A DNA stretch of 64,000 nt, taken from the NCBI GenBank assembly GCA_037447605.1, contig CM074822.1, positions 271,492 to 335,491 of the forward strand, read 5' to 3'. This document shows, piece by piece, positions 36,754 through 53,136 of the stretch. Below the pieces are notes generated by a model. The model was not told the origin of the DNA and searched no databases. It saw only the letters and a list, made by a program, of their open reading frames with translations. Positions within the stretch are counted from its first letter, which is position 1. Each line of letters starts with the position of its first letter. Source of the stretch: Zygnema circumcarinatum SAG 698-1b. Taxonomy: Eukaryota; Plantae; Zygnematophyceae. A program made the translations under genes and the position numbers.

Positions 36754-38311
36754 TCACTTCGATTGCTCCTCCTCCTCCTTGGGCTCCTTTTTGCCGATCA
36801 AGGAGGCGACGACAGGTGTCAGCGCCACAGTGGGAGGAAATCGAATGGGAGAAGAAGCTTTATGCGCTGCATATGCAAGGGCCACCGTTCCGACCTTCTC
36901 TGTTGTAGCATCCGTTGCAATTCCGACCTACAGAATGGAACAACATAGGGAGAGAGAGCGAGAGAGAGCGGGAGAGAGAGAGAGAGACGGAGAGGGAGAG
37001 AGAGAAAGAAGAAGCTGCATGTGAATGTGTGGCGTTCCAGAACCCCACATCACATGACTCCCAGAGACACGTAATGAGGTTAAAACTAACAAAAGGAGTC
37101 CAGTATCTATTGCAACAGGGTTGAAGTTTTATCTATCCAAAATTCGCAAGTAATTTCACTAAAGATTTTGGTTTGCAAGAGGCTTTCCCCCTCTAACCCT
37201 CCTTTCCGCCCCTCTCCCTCTATTAGACGATCATAAGTTAACATGTAAGAGAAGCAGAGGCAGGGCGAGGTTTCACCTTAGATAGCACAGCTGTCACGTC
37301 TACGCCAGTGCTGACGAGAGCGTAGAAGAAGCTGAAGGAGATGAGAGAGAGAGTGATAGATGTGATGAGGTAGGCACTCCCATATCGGGCCAAAAGCTCC
37401 TTAGCTTGACCTCCCTTATTCTCCTTATTCCCCTCGGCATCTTTATCCTTCGATGTCAACACCTGCAAGGTTAGGGTGGGCCTTCACGTTCGTTTAAGTT
37501 GAAGGGATATGGAAACTGCAAGACTTAAAACTTTCCGTGCTTAAGAAGAAATTTTCAGAGGGTTCAAAAACGACCGGCGATTTCCCTTGCAAGACCACAC
37601 AAAAACTCGTTTATAGAGATAGCAAAACTGTGAAGGTTTTTTTGATGAAGGAGAGACGAGGCGCTGTAACATAACAATTCTTTTGCGCTGCTAACACTTC
37701 ATGTATTTAAGACAATCAATTTGCTGTTTCACGCTCCTGGCTTTGAAATGCCACGAGAACTCAAAAAAATATAAACCGCGCCTCGTTTTTTAAATGCCTA
37801 TATCTCTATTAAGATGTTTTCCCACCTTCCAAAGACCTGCTTCAAGACCCCATTTTCGAGTGACTGCGTCAGCATCCTCTGCCTGCTTGATCTCCTGCGC
37901 TCCCTTCTTCTGCTCCTCTGCATCATGCCAGAGTGGCTGACTAAGTAGAGCAGAATCTGCTTCCTGTGGATTAAGGCAGAGAGAGGTTGAGAGAGCAGGG
38001 GGGGGGAGGGAGGGAGGGAGGAGGGAGGGAGGGAGAGAATAGTGGGGGAAATAGATATTTCATACCTGTAAGCGCACAGGATACTCTGCGCATGTGTCTC
38101 CTCCGAAAAACTCCTCTTAAGCTGGAGGTGTGAAGCAGCCCTGCAGTCACTCAAAAAATAGCTTTCTTGAACCCTATGAAACGACTATTCTAAGCCTGAA
38201 GCCTCTGATATTCCAACCAGAAATACCTTGCCTCCCTCCCTCCCTCCTTCCCACTCTCCCCTCCCTCCCTCTCTCCCCCCCTCTCTCAAGCATGGAGTCA
38301 GGGAGCGCCAT
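36754..38311 (-). CDS. DUF1279 (FAM210-like) plastid membrane protein, ~216 aa
   Basis: Exons 38311-38227, 38140-38066, 37956-37826 (these 5' boundaries less sure), 37462-37277, 36927-36754. Motifs KWGLEAGLWK, AKELLARYGSAYLITSITLSLISF, ALAYAAHKASSPIRFPPTVALTPVVA. Confidence 0.85.
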
Positions 38312-38513
38312 GGCGCCGGAGCAATACCCGATGGTCGCAACCCGCCATGGCTGTGAACCTGCTGCGAAGCTTCTGGAGCGAAGGGGAGAAGCGCGCAAGT
38401 GGCGGCCACGTGGCACCTCAGAGTCATGACAGGCTCTCAGCCAGGAAACGGACCAGCGGGAGAGGCGAAGAGAGAAGCAGGGAGGTAGAGAGGGAGACGG
38501 AGAGCGAGAGAGC

Positions 38514-38556
<43 letters not shown>

Positions 38557-39036
38557 AGTGGGAGAGGGAGGGTTCAACAGACGCAGAGCGAGCGCCACGT
38601 GGCAGGCGGAGGGAAATGAAATGTCGGGAAGGGTGGTCCGTACGGATATGAAACGTGGCGGCCTCTGACAGGCGGAATAATGTGTACGGACGGAGTGGAT
38701 GATGATTATTTTTAAAATTTTGGGCGGACCATGTCTAGAGCGGTCGTGTTGGAGATGGGGCAACATGAGAGGGAGAGGGAAGTATGGGTGGGAGGGGAGA
38801 GGGGGAGAGAGAGGGAGAGAGAGAGAGGGAGAGGGGGAGTGAGGGGGAGAGAGGGAGAGAGGTGGTGGAAGGGTGTGAAAGAGAGGAGTGAGGTAAGGGA
38901 GGGCGGAGAGATGGAGAAAGGGTGAGAGGAGAACGGTTAGGTTGTGGGAGAGAGATTGAGAGGGAGGGAGCGAGAGATATATAGAGTGTGGGAGAGAGAA
39001 AGGGAGAGTGCGAGAGAGAGAGGGAGAGAGAGAGGG

Positions 39037-43159
<4,123 letters not shown>

Positions 43160-43808
43160 TTGTGTGTCAAAAGAGTGCAACTTGCTATTGTCGAAAGTTG
43201 TTCAGAAAAAGCTCTGAAATCCTCAAAACCTTAAAATTCTGAAAACCGATCTCAAACCCTGAAACCCTAAAACAGATCTGCAAACAAGCTTGCAGAAAAC
43301 TGCAAATGAGAGGGACAGCTGTACTCACATATGCAGTCAAATGTGCCGTTATCCAACCACTGTTGTGCGGTCCTCCCCTCACTGGTGTGCCGTTATCCTC
43401 CGAACGGTGTGCTATTTCCCGTTCACTAGTATGCGGCGAGCCATTATCTACTGACTCGTGTGCCCTTATCAATTGCCTTTGGAAATGCTTACGACACTTA
43501 TTCGCATCCCTGAAACAGATACTGACTGATACATGTGAGAAAATGGGAGGCAAGCTCAGTAGAACGATCTCTCCTGCTTGTATGTCGCTTTGGCTGTCTG
43601 CACACTCAATCCCGAAGCCTCCATTCAAAAGATATTTTTTTGTGGGAGACATTTCCTTACACTTGAGTTGTTCACTTGTAACAATTGACCATTTTCTAAG
43701 AAAAGTCATACTAAAGAATTGCTAGTTAAGAACGCCAGGAGCTTGCGGACTGCAGCACTACGGACTTAGAAGTGAAGAAATTGTGGAAGTTGCACAGGGG
43801 AGAAGAGG

Positions 43809-45505
43809 TTAAACATCCCTAAAGGATATGAAGGATGTCGACGATGAAAATAGAGAGTTTTTCATAGTCCTAAAACCATCCTGAAGAGAAAACAAGAGCA
43901 ACTTCCACGATGCATCCAAGTCAACATCGTCAGGTAAAAAGTGCTCTCATCCGCCCATTTACAATATATCGATGCAGCACAACATATTGGCCATGTCGGT
44001 TTTAACTGACAAGCCCATAATGTTTGCCAAAACTCAAATGTTCATTTCCAGTCAGAAACAATCCCGCCTTCAGAGGTTTGGTTTGAGCAACGCATGGGGT
44101 ACCTCGAATTGAGCCTTCAGGTGATCCAGCTCCCCGTCCAATGCATTTAGAGCGTTCATATATGCAACCGTGGGTGTTGACTGAGAGGTGGTGCTAACCT
44201 GGCATAAGAAACGACAGGCAAAAAACACACTAAGTCAACAGAAACACAGTCGAGGAGGGGCTATTAAAGTGAGCTTCTGAAGTGATAGCAGAGAAATTCA
44301 AAGCCGTACGCAGACAGGTCGTTGGTACAGCTTGAGTGGAATGACCGCTTAGGCTAAGGTCTGACCCCTGAGCCATAGGAAGAACAAATGGAAGAACTGC
44401 AAATGAAAGACAAAAATGTAACAGAAGCGAACAAAGGTCAATAGTAGTCGGCTCAAGGCACGGCGGCTACAGGCAACAGCTCACAACAGATATTCAATAT
44501 GAAGGTCAAACGTGCGCCATTCAGCTGTTTACTGAGATGTACAAGTTTAACTGTTAAGGGCAGTACTTGCCTTCAATACACATCTATGTTCGAACGGGTG
44601 CGGCATCTTATATCCGGCGAACGTCACATCCTTGTCGCGAAGAAGCTGCCTGTAAATGTCACAGGCAACAAGGCCCTTCCTGCCTCAGGATAACAAATTT
44701 TTTTTCGTCTGCAAGTCTATGTAGTGAGCCACAACAAGTTAGAGATGCCAGAAAATTGGAAGACGTCTCCAAATAAGAAGCATCTACAACGAGCACAGCA
44801 CGAAGTCAATTGGTAGTCCTGCCCTTTCAGCTTCCGTGATTACTCCTGATTGGACCAGATTGACGGTTTGCGTTGTTAGGTCCAGTTTTCCATCAAGGAA
44901 CATTTCAAAAAAACTGGAAATGTTACGAAAAGAACCAAACTCAGAGTGAATCATGCTTGAGGCGGCCCCTCAATACTGTTGGCGAAAATGCATGCATGCA
45001 CGTCACGGTGGGGCCATGAGCGGTTGTTTCGCACAGCCTCAATATGTTTCCGAGAGTGTGATCTTCACGTTCCAAGATGATTGTTGCGCTGTTTGGAAGT
45101 TTCGTTTCTCTCTGAACCTCAACTCTGCGGGGGTAAAAATCACCCAAAAAAAAGGTCTTTAACCAGTACGTTGAAAACGAGAGGAACTATAACAGAAACT
45201 TGTAAACGTCGTCGGAAAAATTCTATTGGCTTGCAGTAAAAAGTCCTATGCAAGTAAAAGTATTTCATTGAAGCTCCTTCAGTAACATGTTCTCAAGTTA
45301 GGCGTTAAAAACATTTGTCTTCCTGAAGAAAGCGTCATTGCCATTTGCCAAACCACCAAACCAAACACTTCTGTATTATTCAAGCCTCCCTTCTACAAGA
45401 ATCCATCCTTAAAGGAACAATCCTAGAGACAACCAATCTCATTTCATCTTACTTTTTCTTCCCTTCGGGGATGCAGAACTGCTCCCCCTGCAGTGGCTGA
45501 TTCAT
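43809..45505 (-). CDS. NRPB11: RNA polymerase II subunit RPB11, ~129 aa
   Basis: Exons 45505-45453, 45124-45035, 44649-44571 (GC donor), 44198-44103, 43880-43809 (last exon less sure). Motifs PEGKKKV..RETK..EREDHTLGNILR.QL.RD..V.FAGYKMPHP. Confidence 0.92.
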
Positions 45506-45687
45506 TATGCAATCAGCTGTGGAAGTTTTTTGCCTTTCCCTTCCACTTCCTGCAAGCAATCACTCTCTCTCTCTCTCTCTCTTCCTCGCTCTCTCTGTCT
45601 CTGCCTCTCCAACTAAAGCCGCTCCTCTCTCCAGCGACAGCCCCTCTTTGCAGACCTTCCAGGAATCGCCTCAAACGGCAAAGATTG

Positions 45688-45789
45688 CACGTGGCAAAAT
45701 CTGACACGTGGACGATGGTATGAGACGCCACATGTCACACATAACACCTGGCAGGCGGATAGGACGCCACGTGGCCCATGCGTCACGTG
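45688..45789. promoter_or_regulatory. Cluster of four G-boxes (CACGTG) upstream of RPB11
   Basis: CACGTG at 45688, 45705, 45768, 45784, about 180-280 bp upstream of the ATG. Function inferred only. Confidence 0.45.
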
Positions 45790-48008
45790 GATGTCCGAGG
45801 GGCCATGTCATCTCAAGAGTCGCAGGGTTTGCAGGAGACGGCGCATGCAAAAGCAAACCGGCGGCGATGGTTGGAACCATCGCCGCCCGACCGACACAAC
45901 CATAACCATTGCCATCGGTTGCAACCATTGGCAATGGTTTTCAATGTTGCCAGCCATTGCCGCCCGCCGGCCCTTGAATTCCAAGATTGCCAACCATTGG
46001 CAATAGTTGTTTAGGGCTGGCGGCAATGGTTGGCAACGTTGAAAACCATGGCCCATCGTTGCAACCACTGCACAGATCGGACCATTAGACAAACCAGTCG
46101 ACTGGTTGGCAACCTGTGGTTGCGGACCGAAACAACCATTCGACTGGTTTGGAACCAGTGGATGCCACTGGTTGGCAACCAGTCGAATGGTTGCCAACCA
46201 GGAATGGTTGCCAACCAGTGCCGCCGGATCGAAACAACCATTCGACTGGTTGCCAACCAGTGGCATCCACTGGTTCCAAACCAGTCGACTGGTTGCGAAC
46301 CAGTGGCGCAGGACTGAAACAACAATTCGACTGGTTCGGAACCAGTGATCCAATGGTTGGCAACCATTGAATTTCTGAAATTATGCTCTTTTTCCTACCC
46401 TGAAAAATGTGATGGACGGAGGCAGGGAGGTAGGAGGAAAGGAAGGAGGGAGGGAGACACGCAAGCAAGAAGGCGGGCAAACAAGCAAGCAAACAAGCAG
46501 GCAGATATTGGAGGAGGGAGGGAGGGAGATAGGGAAGGAGGGAGGGAATGAGAGAGAGAGGGATGGAGTGAGAAAAAGAGGATAGAGAGAGAGAGAGGGA
46601 GGGTGGGTAAGGAAGGTTGGGGGTATTCATTTAGGAGTTTAAAAGTGTGGTAGAGTCTAAGGGCTGGAGTTGAAGGCTCAGTCTTGAAGCTGTAACTTCA
46701 TTTCATATGTAATTCGTAAATTCGTTCCTTCGTAATTTTGAAGTGCTTCGTTATTTTCTTTTTGAAACTTCCACTGCTTTTGGCAGTCTTTTAATTTTCA
46801 GCAAAACTGCACGCTCTGAAATTTCTGATATGAATTTTTTTCAACTGTATGTGATCATTTGAAAATGCGAATACTGCAATGTGTATGTTTTTTGTGCTCA
46901 TTTTCTTCTCTTGGGTGAATGGACATGCTTTACTGAATTTATTTTGATTTGTTTTGTTTTGTCGCCATAGAGCGCATGAGTGCGCGCTTTGTGAGAGCAA
47001 TCAGAATCGCGAGGAGGAGCAGGAGTCCAGATTTCGGGTTCAGGCTAGGCTTAGGGTTCAGGCTAGGCTTAGGGTTCCGTGAGTACTTCAAAAAGAGGAC
47101 ACTAATAGTTTACTGTAAGTCAAACGTGTAGGGAGATGTAGGGGCTCAAAAATGGGTCGTATGTGTTTTTTGGTGGGTTGCCAACCGTTGACAACTAGTG
47201 ATTTAATGGTCGCCAACCATTTGATTTAATGGATATAACCATTCGACTGGTTGCCAACCAGTGCCGCCGGATCGAAACAACCATTCGACTGGTTCGGAAC
47301 CAGTGGATGCCACTGGTTGGCAACCAGTCGAATGGTTGCCAACCAGTGGATGCCACTGGTTCCAAACCAGTCGACTGGTTGCCAACCAGTGGTTGCGGAC
47401 CGAAACAACCATTCGACTGGTTGCCAACCAGTGGATTCCACTGGTTGACAACCATTCGACTGGTTTGGAACCAGTGGATGCCACTGGTTGGCAACCAGTC
47501 GACTGGTTGCCAACCAGTAGACGTCCAACCATTGCCATCCAATGGTTGTCCAATGGTTGCCGATCCACTGGTCCGAACTGTGAACCACTGCATTCCAAGG
47601 TCGCCAACCATTGCGACGGGACAAAAACAAACAACGATTGCCAATGGTTCCAACCATACCAATGCCTGCAGTACGGTTGCAACCATTGGCATTGGCAATG
47701 GTTTTTCGATTGGCAACCATTGCCGCCGGCCCTTCAATTCCAAGGTTGCCAACCATTGGCGATCGTTGTTTAGGGCCGGCGGCAATGGTTGGCAATCGAA
47801 AAACCATTTGCCAATGGTTGCAACCATTGAATTCCCAGGTTGCCAACCATTGCGACGGGACCGAAACAACCATTGCCACTGGTTCCAACCATTGCCGCCG
47901 GTCCTAAACCAACCATTGCCGAAAGGAGGCGTCCGATGTCTTCCCTCGAAAGGAGAAAACAAAACAGAAAAAAAGAACAACACCTGACATGCAGAAATTC
48001 GTGGACGT

Positions 48009-48063
48009 GGTGCGATCATACCTAGGCTACTACGCCGGATCCCATCAGAACTCCGCAGCTAGC
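48009..48063 (+). pseudogene. 5'-half 5S rRNA copy (truncated)
   Basis: GGTGCGATCATACCTAGGCTACTACGCCGGATCCCATCAGAACTCCGCAGCTAGC, after which similarity to 5S stops. Confidence 0.85.
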
Positions 48064-48450
48064 TTAACCCACATTATGATACGAGTTGTTTTGATAGCAC
48101 GTAACGCACCTTGATGTAGTCTGTAAGCAACCATTGGCAATGGCTTTCAATGTGGTTGGCAACCTTGGAATTGAATTGGAATTGTCCGGCGGCAATGGTT
48201 GCCAATTGAAACCGTAGGCAATAGTTGTTTCGGTCCGATGGCAATGGTTGTGTCGGTCGGGCGGCGATGGTTCCAACCATTGGCAATTGCTGTTCCGGAC
48301 CGGCTTGCCGAGACAAGCAGTCCGCCAAGGCGTCACCTTGTGACGTCAGCCAAGAACAGGTCAAGAACAAATGTCCAACATGATTGGTCACACCATCGAT
48401 GTTGATGTTTGACCATTTCCAAAAATGAAAGAAAAGAGCAAAAAGGTGTG

Positions 48451-48567
48451 GGTGCGACACCGGGACTTCCCGGGAGGGTCACCCATCCCAGTACTATTCC
48501 GGCCCACAGGCGCTTAGCTGCGGAGCTCTGATAGGATCCGGCGTAGTAGACTAGGTATGATCGCACC
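48451..48567 (-). rRNA. Nuclear 5S rRNA gene or variant copy
   Basis: GGTGCGATCATACC...GATCCTATCAGAGCTCCGCAGCTAAGCGCCTGTGGGCCGGAATAGTACTGGGATGGGTGACCCTCCCGGGAAGTCCCGGTGTCGCACC. Helix I GGTGCGA/TCGCACC pairs, internal A and C boxes are present, T5 terminator at 48444-48440. A few substitutions versus the half copy suggest a variant. Confidence 0.9.
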
Positions 48568-50003
48568 ACTTCTACAGACGTCCGAGTGTCAGCTGTTGGT
48601 CGTTTTTTTCTTTTGTTTTCTCCTTTCGAGGGAAAACATCGGACGCCTCCTTTCGGCAATGGTTGGTTTAGGACCGGCGGCAATGGTTGGAACCAGTGGC
48701 AATGGTTGTTTCGGTCCTGTCGCGCTTGCCTCGTGGGAATTCGACAAAAGAAAAAAAGGGCGCGGCAAGGCGAAAAAGATTTGTGGACCTGAGGTGTAAA
48801 TATTTCGGAGGTACAATATATGGGACCGTGCCTGACTGAGCATTTCTGTATGAAAAGGTTTGAAGAAAGATTAAAGGTTTGAACTCCATTTTTTGCATCA
48901 AATAGAGAAATGTAGTTGGGACAGCCGTATCAAGACTTGTTTCTGAGTTGAACATCCACGGTTTTATGATCGTAGTTAAAAAATCGGCCTGCTCGTTTGG
49001 AAAGTCAACTCGAAGGGGCAAGGGGGAAGGAGGAGAGGTGGACAGGAGAGGGAGCAAGAGAGGGAGGAAGGGAGGGAGGACTTCTCAGTTCAAGAAATCC
49101 AAACATTTGAAGTTCCTATTCTGGAAGATTTCCTTCGACGAAATAAACCTTAAATCGCATTTAGAATCCAGTCACCACGAACTCACGGTCCATTCCGCCT
49201 GAAGCGACACCTCACCCTATACACCGATCATCTAGAACTCGGATCCGCATGATTCTGACTCTCCCGCTAACCCTGAACCACTCGAAAACTACGCTACTAC
49301 AAATCATGCAGTCTTTCGAAACCACTCGGAGCAGTTCTATGCGCTCCAGTACATCCACTATGGGAAATGCAAGCCCTTCATCACCTCTCAATTCCCCCCT
49401 CCCCCTCCCCCTCTCGTCCCCCTCCTCTCTCCTTCGCCCGGCAGTCACATCACAAGAAATCCTTTAGACTGATACATCGAAAACGTGACCACAGGTCTCT
49501 TGACTTCCAAAAGGCATACATCTTTTGTGTCCAGACCACACCCTCTCCGTCTCTAAAAAAATAGAATCCGTGCACTCCATCCAAAATAAGATCCAGTGGC
49601 AACCTTCAACAGAGCTGAATTCCGCCTTCGAACATCACCACCGGCTGCACACAAGTAGTGAATTCCATGGAGGGTCAGCAAAAGCGAAACAACTCATTGG
49701 CTTCAAAGAAGAAAGACAAAGTCATTATAGGGAAATGTCATTGCAAAACGAGGATAACTTTTAAGTTGGGGCGAGTTTAAGTCGTATTAATACGTCTTTG
49801 CTCGCCTTTGCTTTTCCAGGTAAGGCATTCAGGACACTTCTCTTCCAAAATATGTCGTAAAGAGTGGCAAAATACCAGGCGAAAAACATACCAACATTTA
49901 TAAGAAATAATCATGATATGCTCCCCTCCAAAGAAAATGTCAAAGTACATTCTGCTACGTATGTTGTATCCATGTAGAGTGGGATGAAATGATCAATACT
50001 CAC

Positions 50004-52879
50004 CCATATCCGCCACCCTTATATGGAGCATAGTTTGGAGAGCGTTCCCGACTGTCTCGATAGGGAGAGTACCGAGGAGAGCGTCGAGAGCTGTGACCAT
50101 CGCGACCATCGCGTCCATCGCGACTATCGCGATATTCTCTATCCCGATCTCTATCCCGGTCATCATATTGACTACTCCTACCGCGACTTCGCTCAAATTC
50201 TTGCAGAGCAGCTATTCAAAAGCAAGACCACTCCCAACAACGAAATACAGTCAATACACCGAGCCACAGATAACGAATTGAACACTTCCAATCCAAACGA
50301 TGAACATGCTACGAATATGCACAAACCAGTCTCTCCTTCACTCTAACATAAAGTAACTGTGCACGGCCTTCAAGAAAGAACTGACTTACCAAGCTCACGA
50401 GCAGTTCGTACTCCCAAGTACTTGCCAGGAGTTGGCGTCCTAGCCCTTTTTCGTTTTGCCTGCACCAATCTTAAAGAATTAGGATGACCAGACAGCGGAA
50501 ACATTTGGCCTCACGAGTGCAACTCCACAGCATCTAACTCAGTTGTCGAAGCAGATTAGAAAGGAAAAGGAAAAATCACTACAAAAATACAAAATTTTCT
50601 AAAGAAAACTCAGTCAGTGACCGCGCTCTGACCAGTCAAACTACTCCATCTCATAGTGAGGGTTCATGGCTTATGAACTGGCCGTACAGACAGGAAAAGT
50701 CTTTCCACGGTATCATGATATAGTGAAGAAAGATGGCCACTGGGATACACTGTGGTCCATCTAATTTGGCTATCAGGAGAAAATAAGTGGGACGTACACA
50801 CATACACCTCCTCAGGTGTTGACCCGAGCCGTGAGAGGTGTTTGCACTATTCTGGACATTCAGTGGGGCTCACAAATGCAGAGTTATGCTGAGCAGCACA
50901 TTCCTCCCAGATTAAGTTCCAGACCGACGCAAAAAAAAAAAATGGCATACATCTGCAATCATGTCGTCATGGGCCCACAGCGTGCATTGTATGTTGGAGC
51001 TGCCTATGTGAAAGTTGGGGCTGCTAGTCAAACAACTCGCATCACTGTCGACACACTTGCATGTTGACAGCTCTCAAGTTGACAACTGCTCGAGGGGGCT
51101 CGACTTGGCCTGCCGCTGGAGGAAGGCTCTACAGAACAGCTGAAGATGACGTTGTAATGAAGAAGAAAGAACTGCGGTTGACGTTGATTTGAGGCAGCCA
51201 AACGCAGCACCACATACAGAAGCATCAGCAAAAGCCAAAGCACAACCTTTTCCTCCAGGACTATTTGGCTTCAAAGTGTTTGCCATCTTCTAGTGTCATT
51301 TACCTGCCTCCGCCGGTCAGAGGATCCATGTTTGAAAAGCATACAGAAAAGCACAAGTTCACTGCACAACGGCATGAACCACTTCTTACACAGTCTGCTC
51401 CCTGATTGTGTGGCCGCCTAAGGCCATACACGGCACTGCAGGACAGAGCTCGTTTAAAGCAGACTCGTACAATTGACTGGTACAATTTCAGACGAACTAC
51501 AAATACATCAGTCGATCTACTTACCCTCTCGACAGATATCACGCGCCCCTCGAGAATGGACCGATCCAGGTACTTGATGCATCTATCCGCGTCCTCCAAA
51601 GAGTCCATTGTCACAAACCCGAATCCTCGCGACTCCTTCGTTCGGGGATCCACAACCAGCCGACACTCAGCGACCTGTCAGAGACCAGGGGCATAGACAA
51701 TGCTATTAGAAGTTCGGAGGAGCAAGGCAGAGTACAAAAAGCAGCGAGCGACAAATACAAAGCTACTTAATCCCGTATAGTACAGATTGATTCAATAGTG
51801 AAAAGACATTGTTCAAAACAAATCGCTGATGAAAATTTCTCCTTCTCTCCCTCTTCCCCTTTCTCTTTCTTCGTCGCTCTCCGGCTCTCACACATACCTT
51901 TCCTTCCCTAGAAAAATGGTCCTCTAATTCCCGCTCTGTAACGCGAGTCGACAGACCCGTAACATAAAGGTTATTTCCAGGATTCAAATTAGGCTCAGTA
52001 TCGTTTCTCCTGCAAGAGAACCACGATACGAACAAGCATTAAATACGACCACGGACGTTCCCGAAATCATACGAGAAACATTCAGGGGGCAAAAGATAAA
52101 ACAAGAACGCAGAAGGAAACCGTTGCCCATCCAAGCTACACAAAATCTCCTATGAATTATGTTACAAACAGGTGCCGACCTGTGATCGCCAGAAAACAAA
52201 CATGTGCGGCTGGAACACACTCCCCTCTCTCCTCAAACGCGTGCCGCTCATTCCAAGCTCTCCCTTAGGCCACTACCTGCCGCTGTATGGACTACATACA
52301 TACAATCTGTATATAAGCAATAGGAAAGCCTGAACAAAAGCTGACTCTCTAACAACTCACCGTGGTGGTGGACTTCGGGACCTCGACCTGTACCGACGAG
52401 GAGAAGGCGACCTGCTGTATCTGCAATACCAACCAAGTCAAGACGTTCAACGCACATACTTTCAAGCGCACACCAAGACCAGCTACTATAATATGCAATA
52501 GCAGCCAAGCCAAGACATTTAAGGCACATACTCGCAAGCATAAAATCAGCAGATGTCATATCTGCAGTACTAACGCAAGTCTAGACAGTCGCCGCAGATA
52601 CTTTCAAGCAAACAACAGCTGCCTGTCTGTAATACAACCAGGTCAAGACATTCACCGCACATACTTGCAAGGGAAAAGGCCACGATCAGCTGCTGTGACT
52701 GCAATACCAACCAAAATCAAAAGATTCAGCGCACATACTTCCCACACACACAGACACAAAACACAAGCATTCTGTTCGCTCAGTAACTGACACACATGCT
52801 CCCGAAAAGACGCCCTAGCCATATCAGAAACATATTGACATGCCAGAACTCACTTCCTCCTGTCACGAGGCGAATCCAT
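50004..52879 (-). CDS. SR45a: SR45a / transformer-2-like RRM splicing factor (terminal exon not resolved, lies below 50004)
   Basis: Exons 52879-52854, 52420-52361, 52009-51898, 51674-51525, 50459-50390, 50199-50004, phase-consistent. RS domain, NPGNNLYVTGLSTRVT, VDPRTKESRGFGFVTM, AKRKRARTPTPGKYLG, RS/RD tail. Confidence 0.9.
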
Positions 52880-53136
52880 GGCTGCCACTAAAGCTTCAAA
52901 TTTTTGCAATTTCCCTCTCGTGCAGGACCTTCAGGAGCCCTAAACGCCGACGTCTGGCAACCGAGCTTCTTCTTCCAGGAGCGATTCCCGTCAGGACAAT
53001 GGCTCGGTACGATCCAGAACGAACCAACGAACGGAAGACCGTACAGTACGCTGTTGTACAGTACAGTACTGTTCTGTACAGTATTGTACCATTGTAGTAC
53101 TGTACGATTTACAGTACGGTAATTCTGTACAAAGTG

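Larger units (their letters stand above)
45855..48722. repeat. Palindrome-rich repeat complex built of ACCAGT/ACTGGT and ACCATT/AATGGT modules
   Basis: Blocks at about 45855-46370, 47175-47930, 48125-48305, 48645-48722, with a related patch at 33300-33395. Modules such as ACCAGTCGACTGGT and ACCAGTGGATGCCACTGGT are self-complementary. Confidence 0.85.

Noticed and set aside
45778-48025. Many overlapping ORFs and a CRISPR-like look in the ACCAGT repeat region
   Set aside because: Eukaryotic context, no constant repeat with unique spacers, no cas genes; ORFs in all frames reflect repeat composition.
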